From assembly GCA_031267955.1 (NCBI GenBank), contig JAIRYB010000197.1, positions 1-36,369 of the forward strand: a stretch of 36,369 bases of DNA. Direction: 5' to 3'. The notes under the pieces are model-generated. The model saw only the letters and a program-made list of their open reading frames with translations. It had not been told where the DNA came from and did not search any database. The translations under genes and the position numbers were made by a program. The stretch is from Spirochaetaceae bacterium (GTDB lineage Bacteria > Spirochaetota > Spirochaetia > Treponematales > Breznakiellaceae). This document shows, in pieces, positions 26,333 through 35,764 of the stretch; position 1 is the stretch's first letter; each line of letters begins with the position of its first letter.

Positions 26333-27379
26333 ATGGCTCAGGCAAGCGCCGCGGCTCCGGGCGGCAAAAAAAAAGGAATCAAAGAATTTACCGGCCGCCA
26401 GAAGGCCGCCATATTTCTGGTCAGTATCGGATCGGATATTTCCGCGGAAATATTCAAGTTCCTGCGCGAGGACGAGATAGAGACCCTTACCTTTGAAATA
26501 GCCAGGCTTGAAACCATAGAGCCGGATCAGAAAGACGCGGTCCTTGCCGAATTCCAGGAACTGATGATGGCCAACCAGTTCATCTCTATGGGCGGCATCG
26601 ACTATGCCCGGGAACTGCTGGAAAAATCCCTGGGAAGCCAGAAAGCAATCGACATTATCAACCGCCTGACTTCAAGCCTCCAGGTAAGGCCCTTTGATTT
26701 TATCCGGAGGACGGACCCCGCGCATCTGCTCAACTTTATCCAGCAGGAGCACCCCCAGACCATAGCCCTGATCCTGGCGTACCTTGAACCGAACAAGGCT
26801 TCCGTTATCCTGCAAAACCTGCCCCACGAGGTGCAGTCCGATGTGGCCCGCAGAATCGCCACTATGGACCGTACCAGCCCGGAAGTCCTGCGCGAAGTGG
26901 AGCGGGTACTGGAAAAGAAACTTTCCACCCTGTCCAGCGAGGACTACACCGCGGCCGGCGGCGTGGAAAGTATCGTGGAGATACTTAACATGGTTGACCG
27001 CTCTTCCGAAAAGCAGATTATCGAAGCCCTGGAAGACGAGGACCCCGAGCTTGCCGAAGAGATCAAAAAGCGGATGTTCGTGTTCGAGGATATCGTTATG
27101 CTTGACGACAAGGCCATCCAGAAAGTTATGCGCGAAGTGGACTCCCAGGAACTGGCCAAGGCTTTAAAGTCGGTGGATACCGAAGTACAGGACAAGATCT
27201 TCCGGAATATGAGCAAGCGCGCCGCGAATATGCTGAAGGAAGATATGGAATACATGGGCCCGGTACGATTAAAGGATGTGGAAGAGGCCCAGCAGAAAAT
27301 CGTTTCCATTATCCGGCATCTGGAAGACAGGGGCGAAATAGTTGTCGCGCGCGCCGGCGAGGATGAATTGGTTGTATAG
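26333..27379 (+). CDS. fliG: Flagellar motor switch protein FliG
   Basis: TGRQKAAIFLVSIG...EIFKFL.EDEIE, EHPQTIALILAYL, MFVFEDI and the torque helix region ...MSKRAANMLKEDME are FliG signatures. Confidence 0.95.
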   Translation: MAQASAAAPGGKKKGIKEFTGRQKAAIFLVSIGSDISAEIFKFLREDEIETLTFEIARLETIEPDQKDAVLAEFQELMMANQFISMGGIDYARELLEKSLGSQKAIDIINRLTSSLQVRPFDFIRRTDPAHLLNFIQQEHPQTIALILAYLEPNKASVILQNLPHEVQSDVARRIATMDRTSPEVLREVERVLEKKLSTLSSEDYTAAGGVESIVEILNMVDRSSEKQIIEALEDEDPELAEEIKKRMFVFEDIVMLDDKAIQKVMREVDSQELAKALKSVDTEVQDKIFRNMSKRAANMLKEDMEYMGPVRLKDVEEAQQKIVSIIRHLEDRGEIVVARAGEDELVV

Positions 27380-27436
27380 GGGCTAAAGGCCCTTGCGCGG
27401 CCGTTTTCGGGTGTTTTTTATAGGGGATGAGGTTCT

Positions 27437-28414
27437 ATGGCAAAAGCGGTATTCAGGCCGGGCGAGCTTACGCAGCTAAACGAAAAGGTATTACTCCAGT
27501 CGCCGGAAAACTTTGAACTCGCGCACCTCTTTCCCCCTTCCGGCGCTGAATCCCAGGACGATCGCCTCAGTGAGGAGGAAGTGTATACCGGGCCCACTGT
27601 AGAGGATATACGCCGGGAAGCGGAAGATTTCAGGGTTCATTGGGAAATAGAAAAAGAGACGATGATCTCCGCGTCCAGGGCCGAAGCCGGGCGCATAGTC
27701 AGGGAGGCCGGCGAAAAAGCCGCCCGCGAGCTTGCCCGGAAAACCGCCGAAGGGGATGAAAAAAAACGCCTGGCCGAAGAAGACGCCGCGCTTATCACCG
27801 CCGAAGCGGAAAAAAAAGCGTCGGAGATAGAGGCGGATGCCCTGGCGGAATTCGAGCGGAAGCGTCAGGAAGCTGAAAACGCGGGCAGGGAAGCCGGCCG
27901 CGAGGAAGGCTACGCGGAAGGGAAAGCCGAAGTGGACCGGCTCATAGAGCGCGTCCAGGCGATCCTTGAACGCGCCCAGAATTTGCGTTCGGAGATACTC
28001 GCGGACACCGAGCAGCAGATTATCGATCTCGCGCTGCTGATCTCCAGAAAAGTGATCAAGACTATCTCCGAAAGCCAGAAGACCGTGGTGCTCCAGAATA
28101 TCGCGCAGGCCCTGAAGAAGGTCAGGGCAAGAGGCACTATTCTGATCCGGGTGAATATTGCCGATCTTAAGCTTACAACCGAACACAGTAAAACTTTTAT
28201 CCAGATGATGGAAGGCGCCAAGGACGTGCAGATAGTGGAAGATTCCTCGGTTGATCCCGGCGGCTGTATTATCGAAACGGACTTTGGCGAAGTCGACGCC
28301 CGCATTTCAAGCCAGCTCGCGGAACTTGAGGCGAAGATACTGGAACTGTCGCCCATAAAGGGGAAGCCGAAACCCGCTTCGCCTCCCGCGCCCCCTTCAT
28401 CCGGGGGGAACTAG
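27437..28414 (+). CDS. fliH: Flagellar assembly protein FliH
   Basis: Glu/Ala/Lys-rich coiled-coil centre and a C-terminal FliH/YscL-type domain (VIKTISE...ILIRVN..D...GGCIIETDFGEVDARISSQL). Position between fliG and fliI fits. Confidence 0.85.
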   Translation: MAKAVFRPGELTQLNEKVLLQSPENFELAHLFPPSGAESQDDRLSEEEVYTGPTVEDIRREAEDFRVHWEIEKETMISASRAEAGRIVREAGEKAARELARKTAEGDEKKRLAEEDAALITAEAEKKASEIEADALAEFERKRQEAENAGREAGREEGYAEGKAEVDRLIERVQAILERAQNLRSEILADTEQQIIDLALLISRKVIKTISESQKTVVLQNIAQALKKVRARGTILIRVNIADLKLTTEHSKTFIQMMEGAKDVQIVEDSSVDPGGCIIETDFGEVDARISSQLAELEAKILELSPIKGKPKPASPPAPPSSGGN

Positions 28415-29791
28415 ATGAACGCCCAGGCTGTTCTTGATCCCGGCGCGGGCATCCTGCAAAAGTATCTGGATACCGCGGAAAGCGCCGATGTCATAAAATG
28501 CGTAGGCAGGATAAACCGGGTCCAGGGGCTTCTTATTGAAAGCCGGGGGCCCCAGGCTATTATCGGGGAGTTGTGCCGCATAGAAGTTTCGGGCGGCAGC
28601 CGCGTCATAACCGCCGAGGTTGCGGGCCTGCGGAACGAGACCGTGCAGCTTATGGCATACGAAGAAACCACCGGGATAGAGGCGGGCGACCGGGTTGTCG
28701 CCACGGGAAGCCTTTTGGAAGTGCCGGTGTCGCGGGAACTTCTGGGCCGGGTCCTCGACTGCCGGGGCCGCCCCGCCGACGGGAAGGGCGACATCGCGGC
28801 CCGCCTGAAATACCCCGCCCTGGCGTCCGCCCCCGATCCTCTGACCCGCAGGCCCATCCGTGACAGAATCAGTACCGGGGTGCGGGCTATTGACGGGCTT
28901 TTGACTGCGGGCAGGGGGCAGCGGCTCGGTATCTTTGCCGGTTCGGGCGTGGGAAAATCAACGCTTCTTGGCATGATAGCCCGCAACACCAATGCCGATG
29001 TAAATGTCATCGCCCTTATCGGGGAGCGGGGGCGGGAGGTGAACGAGTTTATCGAAAGCGATCTGGGGCCGGAAGGCCTTGCGCGGTCGGTAGTTATCGC
29101 GGTCCCCGGCAACGCGCCGCCCCTGGCCCGTCTGCGGGGCGCCTATGCCGCCACGGCCGTGGCCGAGTACTTCCGGGATCAGGGCGCGGACGTGATGTTC
29201 CTCTTCGATTCGGTGACCCGCTTTGCCCGGGCCCAGCGGGAAATTGGCCTTGCCTCAGGCGAGCCGGCGGCTACCCGCGGTTATACGCCCAGTGTTTTTG
29301 ACAGTATGCCGAAACTCCTGGAACGCTGCGGTACTTCCGCCAGGGGCACCATCACCGGGTTTTACACGATTCTTGTTGACGGGGACGATCTGGACGAGCC
29401 TGTCTCGGACACGGTACGGGGAATCCTCGACGGCCATATCGTCCTTTCCCGGAACCTGGCCTCCAGGAATCACTACCCGGCGATTGACGTGCTGGGGAGT
29501 ATTTCCCGGCTTATGCCGAAAGTGACCGGGAGCGTCACCAGGAAAGCCGCCGGTTATATACGCCGCCTTATGGCCGACTATGCCGGCGCGGAGGACCTTA
29601 TCAATGTGGGGGCGTATGCGCCGGGTTCCAACCCTGCCATTGACGACGCCATTGCCAGGCGCCAGGCAATTGAAGATTTTCTTGTGCAGGATGTCGGCGA
29701 TCCGTCGGCCATGGGCGACACCCTGAAGCGCCTGGGTGAAATTGCCGGCATGGAGATTCCCGTCGGGGAGACAGGCGCGTACATGGCATGA
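28415..29791 (+). CDS. fliI: Flagellum-specific export ATPase FliI
   Basis: Walker A GSGVGKSTLLGMI, Walker B MFLFDSVTRFA, and the F1/T3SS-ATPase fold. The start is adjacent to the fliH stop. Confidence 0.95.
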   Translation: MNAQAVLDPGAGILQKYLDTAESADVIKCVGRINRVQGLLIESRGPQAIIGELCRIEVSGGSRVITAEVAGLRNETVQLMAYEETTGIEAGDRVVATGSLLEVPVSRELLGRVLDCRGRPADGKGDIAARLKYPALASAPDPLTRRPIRDRISTGVRAIDGLLTAGRGQRLGIFAGSGVGKSTLLGMIARNTNADVNVIALIGERGREVNEFIESDLGPEGLARSVVIAVPGNAPPLARLRGAYAATAVAEYFRDQGADVMFLFDSVTRFARAQREIGLASGEPAATRGYTPSVFDSMPKLLERCGTSARGTITGFYTILVDGDDLDEPVSDTVRGILDGHIVLSRNLASRNHYPAIDVLGSISRLMPKVTGSVTRKAAGYIRRLMADYAGAEDLINVGAYAPGSNPAIDDAIARRQAIEDFLVQDVGDPSAMGDTLKRLGEIAGMEIPVGETGAYMA

Positions 29792-30219
29792 AACGCTTCC
29801 GTTTTAATTTACAGAAGATCCTGGATCTGCGGGCGGGCCGGGAACAGGACGCCAAAATCGAACTCGGCCGGGCGGTGGGCCGGCTCGCGGAACTGACGGG
29901 CCGCCTTAAAGCCCTGGCGGAGGATCGATCCCGGGCCGCGGCGGGCCGTTTCGCGCGATCCAATTCCGCGGAAGACATGCGCGCCTATGAACTCTACATT
30001 ACCCGCCTTGATTCTCAAAAAGAAGAACTGCTGGAAGAAGCCGCCGCCGCCGAACTTGCTGTAAACGAAAAACGCGAAGCCTACCTTGCGGCTTCCCGTG
30101 ACAGGAAAATCCTGGACAAGCTCAGGGAAAAACGCTTTGGGGAATACCGCAAACTGGCCCTGAGGGAAGAGGTTAAACTTACCGACGACGCGGCCTCCTC
30201 CCGCCCCGCGGGTCTATAG
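29788..30219 (+). CDS. fliJ: Flagellar export chaperone FliJ
   Basis: 143-aa coiled-coil protein. MKRFRFNLQKILDLR and KILDKLREKRFGEY are typical of FliJ. ATGA overlap with fliI. Confidence 0.8.
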   Translation: MKRFRFNLQKILDLRAGREQDAKIELGRAVGRLAELTGRLKALAEDRSRAAAGRFARSNSAEDMRAYELYITRLDSQKEELLEEAAAAELAVNEKREAYLAASRDRKILDKLREKRFGEYRKLALREEVKLTDDAASSRPAGL

Positions 30220-30275
30220 CCGGTATTTTTCTGTTTGCCCCGGACACCGCGGGCAGGATGAATTGCCCCGCAAGG

Positions 30276-30310
30276 CGCCGCGTTTCAGTTGAACGGCGTT
30301 TTGGTTTTTT
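30276..30310 (+). terminator. Candidate Rho-independent terminator after fliJ
   Basis: CGCCG (30276-30280) pairs with CGGCG (30294-30298) and is followed by TTTTGGTTTTTT (30299-30310). The stem is short with a 13-nt loop, so this is only a moderate candidate. Confidence 0.45.
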
Positions 30311-30543
30311 ACGAAAAAATATACTTGATTCTTTTAGCTATTTAAGTTATCCTCTTGTTACAGTAATATAGAAGGTTATACAAGGAGCTGTTTTGCAGGA
30401 ATCCGTGTAACCATTCGGCCGGGGATTGCCGTTGCATACAGGGATGGGGCGTCTCTTTGTTATGAATCTCCCGGCGGCGGATACCTTCCGGGAATGATTA
30501 CACTTGCACAATTATTTAGCTTCCCGGTTTTGTTCCTGTTAGG

Positions 30544-32601
30544 ATGCGTATGAAACTGTCAGTCAAGGTATCGCTGTGGATAGGCCTTCTGGTGCTTTTT
30601 ATTGTTATCTGTATCGGCGTGGCTACAGTAATGGTGGCAAGGCGCATTGTGGAAAATGTGGCCAGAAAATCCCTCCAGAACCAGTCGGAGATAGCCGCTT
30701 TGCTTATCCGTGACGGGATTATCAAATCGGAGCTTGATGTCCTCTACGAGATCGCGAACCGGGACAGCGCCCGGTCCATGGACTGGGACACCCAGCGGGA
30801 AAGCCTTTTACCGGATATAGACCGGCTCGGATATTTGGATTTCGGTATAGTCGGGCCGGACGGCGTGGCCCATTATATAACGGACGGGAGTACGTCGAAT
30901 CTGGCGGACAGGGATTATATAATAAAGGCCCTGGCCGGGGAAAGGGCGGTCTCGGATGTAATCATAAGCCGGGTAATCGGGAAGCCGGTACTCATGTTCG
31001 CGGTCCCCATCATGGCGGACGGGAACGCGGCGGGCGCCCTGATAGGCAGAAAAGACGGCGCGGTACTGGGCGAAATGACCGCCCGGATCGGTTTTGGACA
31101 GACAGGCTATCTCTACATGGTGAACAAAGCCGGAACCGTTGTCTGCCACCCGGATTCCTCTCTGGTATATAACCAGTTTAATCCGGTAGAAGAAGCCCGG
31201 AACGATCCCTCCCTGTCGTCTTTCGCGGAATTTATCGCCATGATTACCCCTGACGGGGAAGGTTTTGCCGACTATGACTACCAGGGGAAACTGTACATAG
31301 GCGCGGTCACCCCGGTAGCGGGTACCGACTGGATCCTTGTCGGCTCGGTCGAGCGGGAAGAGTTTTTCGCGGATATTATCCACATAGTGCTGTATACGGT
31401 ATTTATCGGCGCCGGGGCGCTGGTACTGGCGGTAATCCTGGTATTCATCATGGTAAGCCTTGTTATTATCAATCCTATGAGGCTTATTATGAGCGAGGCG
31501 GACGCCCTGGCGAACAACAAATTCGATATTGAAATATCAGCCGGCTCCAATGACGAAATCGGGGACGTGCAGAAGGCCCTGGCGGTTATCCGCGAAAGCC
31601 TTAGAAAGACGCTTGCCGAGATCAACAACAAACACCTGGGGCAGATCAATATCAGCAATAATCTGCATAACTCCATAAAGGATTCTTCCGATAACATCGA
31701 TGTTATCAATCGGAATATGGGGACCGTTCAGGCGCAGGCCGGTTCCCAGGTAGATTCGGTCAGCCGCACCGCCGAATCGGTCGAGGACATTATACGGCAT
31801 ATCGGCTCCCTGGAAGACGTGGTAAAAGTCCAGGGGGATAATATCGCCCGGTCGTCTGAATCCATAGAACAGATGGTCAATGATATCGATTCGGTACGGA
31901 ATGTGGTAAAGAAAGCCAGCGACACTACCGGGGAGCTTTCCAAAAGTTCCGACGCGGGGCGGAAGATGCTGAACAGCCTCAGCGCCGAGCTTGCCCGAAT
32001 CGCGGAACAGTCGGCTTTTCTGGAGGAGGCCAATGCGGCCCTGGTCAATATCGCCGCCCAGACCAATATTCTCGCGATGAACGCCGCCATTGAAGCCGCC
32101 CATGCGGGGGAGGCCGGCAGGGGTTTCGCGGTAGTTTCCGGCGAAGTGCGCAGTCTCGCCGAATCCTCGAACAAGGAATCCTCCTCGATTTCCCAGGAAA
32201 TAAAAAATATGCGCGACGGCATTGACCGGATCAGGAAGATGTCCGCGGAAACGGTAGATACCATGGGGAATATGTTTACCGCCGTCAAAGATATGCAGTC
32301 TTCGTTCAATACGGTTGACGGCGCGGTAGAAGCCCAGGCTTCAAACGGGGAGCGCATTCTGAAAGCCCTGGACTCCCTGCGGTCAACCACGGAACAGGTA
32401 CGCGCCGGTTCGGAAAATATCAGGAAGGCTTCGGGCGCTATCCACAGTACGGTGGAAGATCTGAAGAGTATTTCCAGGGATGTCAACGACAGCGTTGTCG
32501 GCGTGCAAAGGGCAAGCAAGGATATTTCCGTGTCATTGGAAATAGCCCGGAAAATTGCCGAAGCCCATTATCTGGTACCGCCGGATGACGTGGCAAGCTG
32601 A
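30544..32601 (+). CDS. Methyl-accepting chemotaxis protein (TM, dCache-like periplasmic sensor, TM, HAMP, MA signalling domain)
   Basis: There are two TM helices. The periplasmic region has [43 protein letters not shown], which is Cache-like. The highly conserved hairpin tip is [40 protein letters not shown]. Alternative start ATG 30550. Confidence 0.9.
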   Translation: MRMKLSVKVSLWIGLLVLFIVICIGVATVMVARRIVENVARKSLQNQSEIAALLIRDGIIKSELDVLYEIANRDSARSMDWDTQRESLLPDIDRLGYLDFGIVGPDGVAHYITDGSTSNLADRDYIIKALAGERAVSDVIISRVIGKPVLMFAVPIMADGNAAGALIGRKDGAVLGEMTARIGFGQTGYLYMVNKAGTVVCHPDSSLVYNQFNPVEEARNDPSLSSFAEFIAMITPDGEGFADYDYQGKLYIGAVTPVAGTDWILVGSVEREEFFADIIHIVLYTVFIGAGALVLAVILVFIMVSLVIINPMRLIMSEADALANNKFDIEISAGSNDEIGDVQKALAVIRESLRKTLAEINNKHLGQINISNNLHNSIKDSSDNIDVINRNMGTVQAQAGSQVDSVSRTAESVEDIIRHIGSLEDVVKVQGDNIARSSESIEQMVNDIDSVRNVVKKASDTTGELSKSSDAGRKMLNSLSAELARIAEQSAFLEEANAALVNIAAQTNILAMNAAIEAAHAGEAGRGFAVVSGEVRSLAESSNKESSSISQEIKNMRDGIDRIRKMSAETVDTMGNMFTAVKDMQSSFNTVDGAVEAQASNGERILKALDSLRSTTEQVRAGSENIRKASGAIHSTVEDLKSISRDVNDSVVGVQRASKDISVSLEIARKIAEAHYLVPPDDVAS

Positions 32602-32622
32602 AAAATAATAACGGAGGGAATT

Positions 32623-33003
32623 TTGTTTTTTACGAAGAAAAAGAAAGAGGCCGGCGCGGCCTTTGATGCGGAGACTCCCAGGGCGCCCCGTTACACCAGC
32701 CTGGCGATGGTAAGTATCAACGGGTTTGAAGGCCAGGCCGTGCTGCGGAACGTCAGCATAGGCGGTTTCTGCATGGAAAGCAAAACTTTTGCCGATATGG
32801 ACGTTTCGGCCGTTTATACCATACGCATAGATCCCGAGACATCGGCGGGTATAAGCCGGTTTGAACTGACCGTCGAGCTCCGCTGGATTCTGAGCTCGCC
32901 TGAAAAATTTTCCGTAGGGTTTAAGACTGTCCGCGGGAGCAACCGTTTGTTTGAACAGTACGTGGGCTTTTTAAAGGAACAGCACCGGCGGCAGGCAAGC
33001 TGA
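32623..33003 (+). CDS. Small stand-alone PilZ-domain protein
   Basis: TTG start after GGAGGG, 21 nt after the mcp stop. PRAPRY...LRNVSIGGFCMES resembles the PilZ RxxxR / (D/N)xSxxG motifs, but the Arg spacing is RxxR. Confidence 0.6.
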   Translation: MFFTKKKKEAGAAFDAETPRAPRYTSLAMVSINGFEGQAVLRNVSIGGFCMESKTFADMDVSAVYTIRIDPETSAGISRFELTVELRWILSSPEKFSVGFKTVRGSNRLFEQYVGFLKEQHRRQAS

Positions 33004-33023
33004 GGGGCCGCCGCCCGGCAAAA

Positions 33024-34289
33024 TTAACGGAAAACCGCGCGGAAGAAAAGGCGCGCCGAATCTATAAGCCTCTTGAAAAAGCCGCCCTGTTCTACGTTCC
33101 CCGTTGTGATAACCGGCACGCGCCTGAGTTCGCCGAGGCTGTCCGAAAAGACCAGCGCCCCGACCCTGCTCCCCCGGGGAAGCGGCGCGCTGAGGGGATC
33201 GGCGTATTCCCCTGTCCAGCGCAGATCTTCGCCCCTGTCCGCGCGGGTAGTAAAATTCAGGCTTTCACCCGGCGCGCAGCCGACATAGTTGGTTTTGCCC
33301 TTCCAGACGCGCAGCGGCTCCATTTCGGGGAGGGCGGGGCGCAGGGTCCTGAAATTGGCAAAACCCCAGTTCAGGAGTTCCCTTCCGTCCTCATCCCGTA
33401 CCCGTTCCCCCCGGTAGCTTGCCGGCGCGCCCAGAATTACCGCGATAAGCCTTGTCCCCCTCCGCGCGGCGGTAAGGGCGATATTATAGCCCGCCTCGTC
33501 TATGTACCCGGTTTTAAGGCCGTCGGCGCCCTCCACGGCGTTTGTGTTTTTCCGGCCGTCAGGAAGAAAGATGTCGAGGAGCCTGTTGTGGTTCCTCTGG
33601 ACAATGGTTCCGGGGTTGGCCCGGTACGCTACGGCGACATTTTCGGCCTTGGGGTAGGCAAATTCCGGCGCCGAATGGAATTCCGCGAGAGTCTCCGGAT
33701 GCATCCTGATATATTCGCGGCAGAACAGCGCGAACTCCCTGGCGGTAGTAAAGTTGTATTCGGATATTCCGGAAGGTTCCACAAATTGTGTTTTCTCAAG
33801 GCCCAGCGCGCGGGCTTCCGCGTTCATTTTCCCGACAAAGGCTTCCACCGACGGGGCGAAGCGCAGGGCTGTCGCGACCGCCGCGTCGTTTCCCGAGGGG
33901 ACGGCAAGCCCCATGATAAGCTCCCTTATGGTAACCCGCTGCCCCGCGGCGAGGAACATCAGGCTGGAGCGCGGCGGCTGGTTTACGGCCCAGCTTTGCC
34001 GGGGGAGTTCGACTGTTTCATCAAGCGAGGCGTTTTCCGCCGCCGCCTCCTTTAAGGCCACATGGATGGTCATGAGTTTTGCAAGGGAGGCGGGCGGTAT
34101 TGGCTCGTCCGGGTTTTTCGCGTAAAGCAGCGCGCCGGTCTCCGCGTCGATAAGCGCCGCCGCCCTGGAGCCAAGGGCAGGCGCGTTTTCCGCCGCGGCG
34201 GCGATTATGTCCCCGGCGGCGGCCTGTTCCTGGGCGGGGAGGCCGGGCAGGGAAAAGAAGATGAAAAGTGCGAGGGCAAACAGCGCCAC
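33024..34289 (-). CDS. D-alanyl-D-alanine carboxypeptidase (peptidase S11, PBP5-like)
   Basis: SLAKLMT (SxxK), VPSGNDAA (SxN) and GLKTGYI (KTG). Start placed at GTG 34289, 2 nt after the asnS stop, giving the signal-like MALFALALFIFFSLPG. The track ORF runs to 34439 and overlaps 148 nt of asnS in a Pro/Arg-rich frame. The start is uncertain. Confidence 0.8.
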   Translation of the reverse strand: MALFALALFIFFSLPGLPAQEQAAAGDIIAAAAENAPALGSRAAALIDAETGALLYAKNPDEPIPPASLAKLMTIHVALKEAAAENASLDETVELPRQSWAVNQPPRSSLMFLAAGQRVTIRELIMGLAVPSGNDAAVATALRFAPSVEAFVGKMNAEARALGLEKTQFVEPSGISEYNFTTAREFALFCREYIRMHPETLAEFHSAPEFAYPKAENVAVAYRANPGTIVQRNHNRLLDIFLPDGRKNTNAVEGADGLKTGYIDEAGYNIALTAARRGTRLIAVILGAPASYRGERVRDEDGRELLNWGFANFRTLRPALPEMEPLRVWKGKTNYVGCAPGESLNFTTRADRGEDLRWTGEYADPLSAPLPRGSRVGALVFSDSLGELRRVPVITTGNVEQGGFFKRLIDSARLFFRAVFR

Positions 34290-34291
34290 TG

Positions 34292-35731
34292 TTAAAAATC
34301 CGCTTGGCCGGCCGCCCGCGGGAAGGGAATAACATCGCGGATATTGGCCATGCCGGTAATGTACTGGATAAGGCGCTCGAAACCCAGGCCGAATCCCGAG
34401 TGGGGGACCGTGCCGAAACGGCGGAGATCGAGGTACCATCTGTAGTCCGCGCAGTTCATGCCGAGTTCTTTCATCCGGCTTTCAAGGCGGCCGAGGTTTT
34501 CCTCCCGTTCGGACCCGCCGATAATTTCCCCCAGCCGGGGGACCAGCACGTCCATGGCGCGGACGGTTTTGCCGTCGTTGTTTTGCTTCATGTAGAACGC
34601 TTTGATCTCGGCCGGATAGTCGGTAACGATCACCGGGCCTTTCGCGGCAATTCCGGTAAGGTACTTTTCGTGCTCGCTCTGGAGATCGCAGCCCCAGTAG
34701 GGTTTAAATTCAAACGATATTCCCGAATCCTCCGCCTTTTCAAGTTCCTTTATCGCGTCGGTATAGGAGATCCTTGAAAAATGGGATTCTACTACCTGCC
34801 GCAGTGTTTCTATTATGCCCTTTTGTATCCGGGTATCGAAGAATTCAAGTTCCGCCCCGCATTCGTTCAAGGCCTTTTCGAAAATATATTTAAGGAAGTC
34901 CTCCGCCAGATCCATGTTGCCTTCAAGGCGCGTAAAAGCCGTTTCAGGCTCTATCATCCAGAATTCCGCAAGGTGGCGGGTAGTGTTTGAATTTTCGGCG
35001 CGGAAAGTCGGGCCGAAGGTGTAAACCCGTGAAAGGGCGGTAGCGTAGGTTTCCGCCTCGAGCTGCCCGGAAACGGTAAGCCCTGTCTTCCTGCCGAAGA
35101 AATCCCCGGAGTAGTCGACTTCCTTGCCGGAACGCGCCAGGGCCGCTAAATCCAGCGTCGTTACCTGGAACATGGAACCCGCCCCCTCCGCGTCGCTTGC
35201 GGTAATGATGGGGGTGTGGATGTACTGGTAGCCCCTCTCCTGGAAAAATTCGTGGACCGCGAAGGCGATGCGGCTGCGTACCCTGGCAATAGCGCCGAAT
35301 GTATTGGTTCTGGGCCTGAGGTGGGGAATTTCCCGCAAAAATTCCATGGAATGGCGCTTTTTTTGCAGCGGATAGGAGGGCCCTCCCGGCGCGTCTTCCG
35401 CCGCGTTTACAGTGCCGGGCGTTTCCCCTACAAGGACAACGGAAGAGGCGGCAACTTCCACCGGCTGGCCTGACGCCGGAGAAGGCACAAGCTTTCCCCG
35501 TACTTCCACAGACGCGCCTGTGCCGATCGCGGCGAGCGCCTTTAGGTTTTCCCCGCGCCCGCTGTCCGGGGAGGCCTCGAAGGCGCATTGGATACTGGCC
35601 ATGCAGGAGCCGTCGTTCACTTCCAGGAAGGTGATATTTTTAAGGTCCCGTTTGGTCCGTACCCAGCCGCAGACCAAAACTTCCCGCGAATCAGGGGGAA
35701 AGCGTAAAATTTCTTTAATCAGGGGAGTCAT
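34292..35731 (-). CDS. asnS: Asparagine--tRNA ligase
   Basis: [34 protein letters not shown]...[32 protein letters not shown] matches AsnRS, for example E. coli [24 protein letters not shown]. Class II motifs are FRAE and GFGLGFERL. Start moved to ATG 35731 (MTPLIKEIL). The track ORF extends to 35860. Confidence 0.9.
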   Translation of the reverse strand: MTPLIKEILRFPPDSREVLVCGWVRTKRDLKNITFLEVNDGSCMASIQCAFEASPDSGRGENLKALAAIGTGASVEVRGKLVPSPASGQPVEVAASSVVLVGETPGTVNAAEDAPGGPSYPLQKKRHSMEFLREIPHLRPRTNTFGAIARVRSRIAFAVHEFFQERGYQYIHTPIITASDAEGAGSMFQVTTLDLAALARSGKEVDYSGDFFGRKTGLTVSGQLEAETYATALSRVYTFGPTFRAENSNTTRHLAEFWMIEPETAFTRLEGNMDLAEDFLKYIFEKALNECGAELEFFDTRIQKGIIETLRQVVESHFSRISYTDAIKELEKAEDSGISFEFKPYWGCDLQSEHEKYLTGIAAKGPVIVTDYPAEIKAFYMKQNNDGKTVRAMDVLVPRLGEIIGGSEREENLGRLESRMKELGMNCADYRWYLDLRRFGTVPHSGFGLGFERLIQYITGMANIRDVIPFPRAAGQADF

Positions 35732-35764
35732 GAAGTTAGTATAACTGAAAACAGGGGGAAATAA

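Noticed and set aside
26366-26374. Homopolymers inside coding regions: A9 in fliG (26366-26374), T9 in xerD (15473-15481), A8 and A7 in topA (17705-17720). Considered as possible slipped-strand phase-variation sites
   Set aside because: They encode plausible Lys or Phe runs in frame, in essential or core genes. A single sequence gives no evidence of length variation. This could be revisited with read-level data.
30382-30410. Mini-ORF in the mcp leader: AAGGAG-N5-TTG CAG GAA TCC GTG TAA (5 codons)
   Set aside because: It is too short to evaluate, has no regulatory codon run and no obvious coupled terminator/antiterminator. It may be a chance SD-like sequence in the promoter region.
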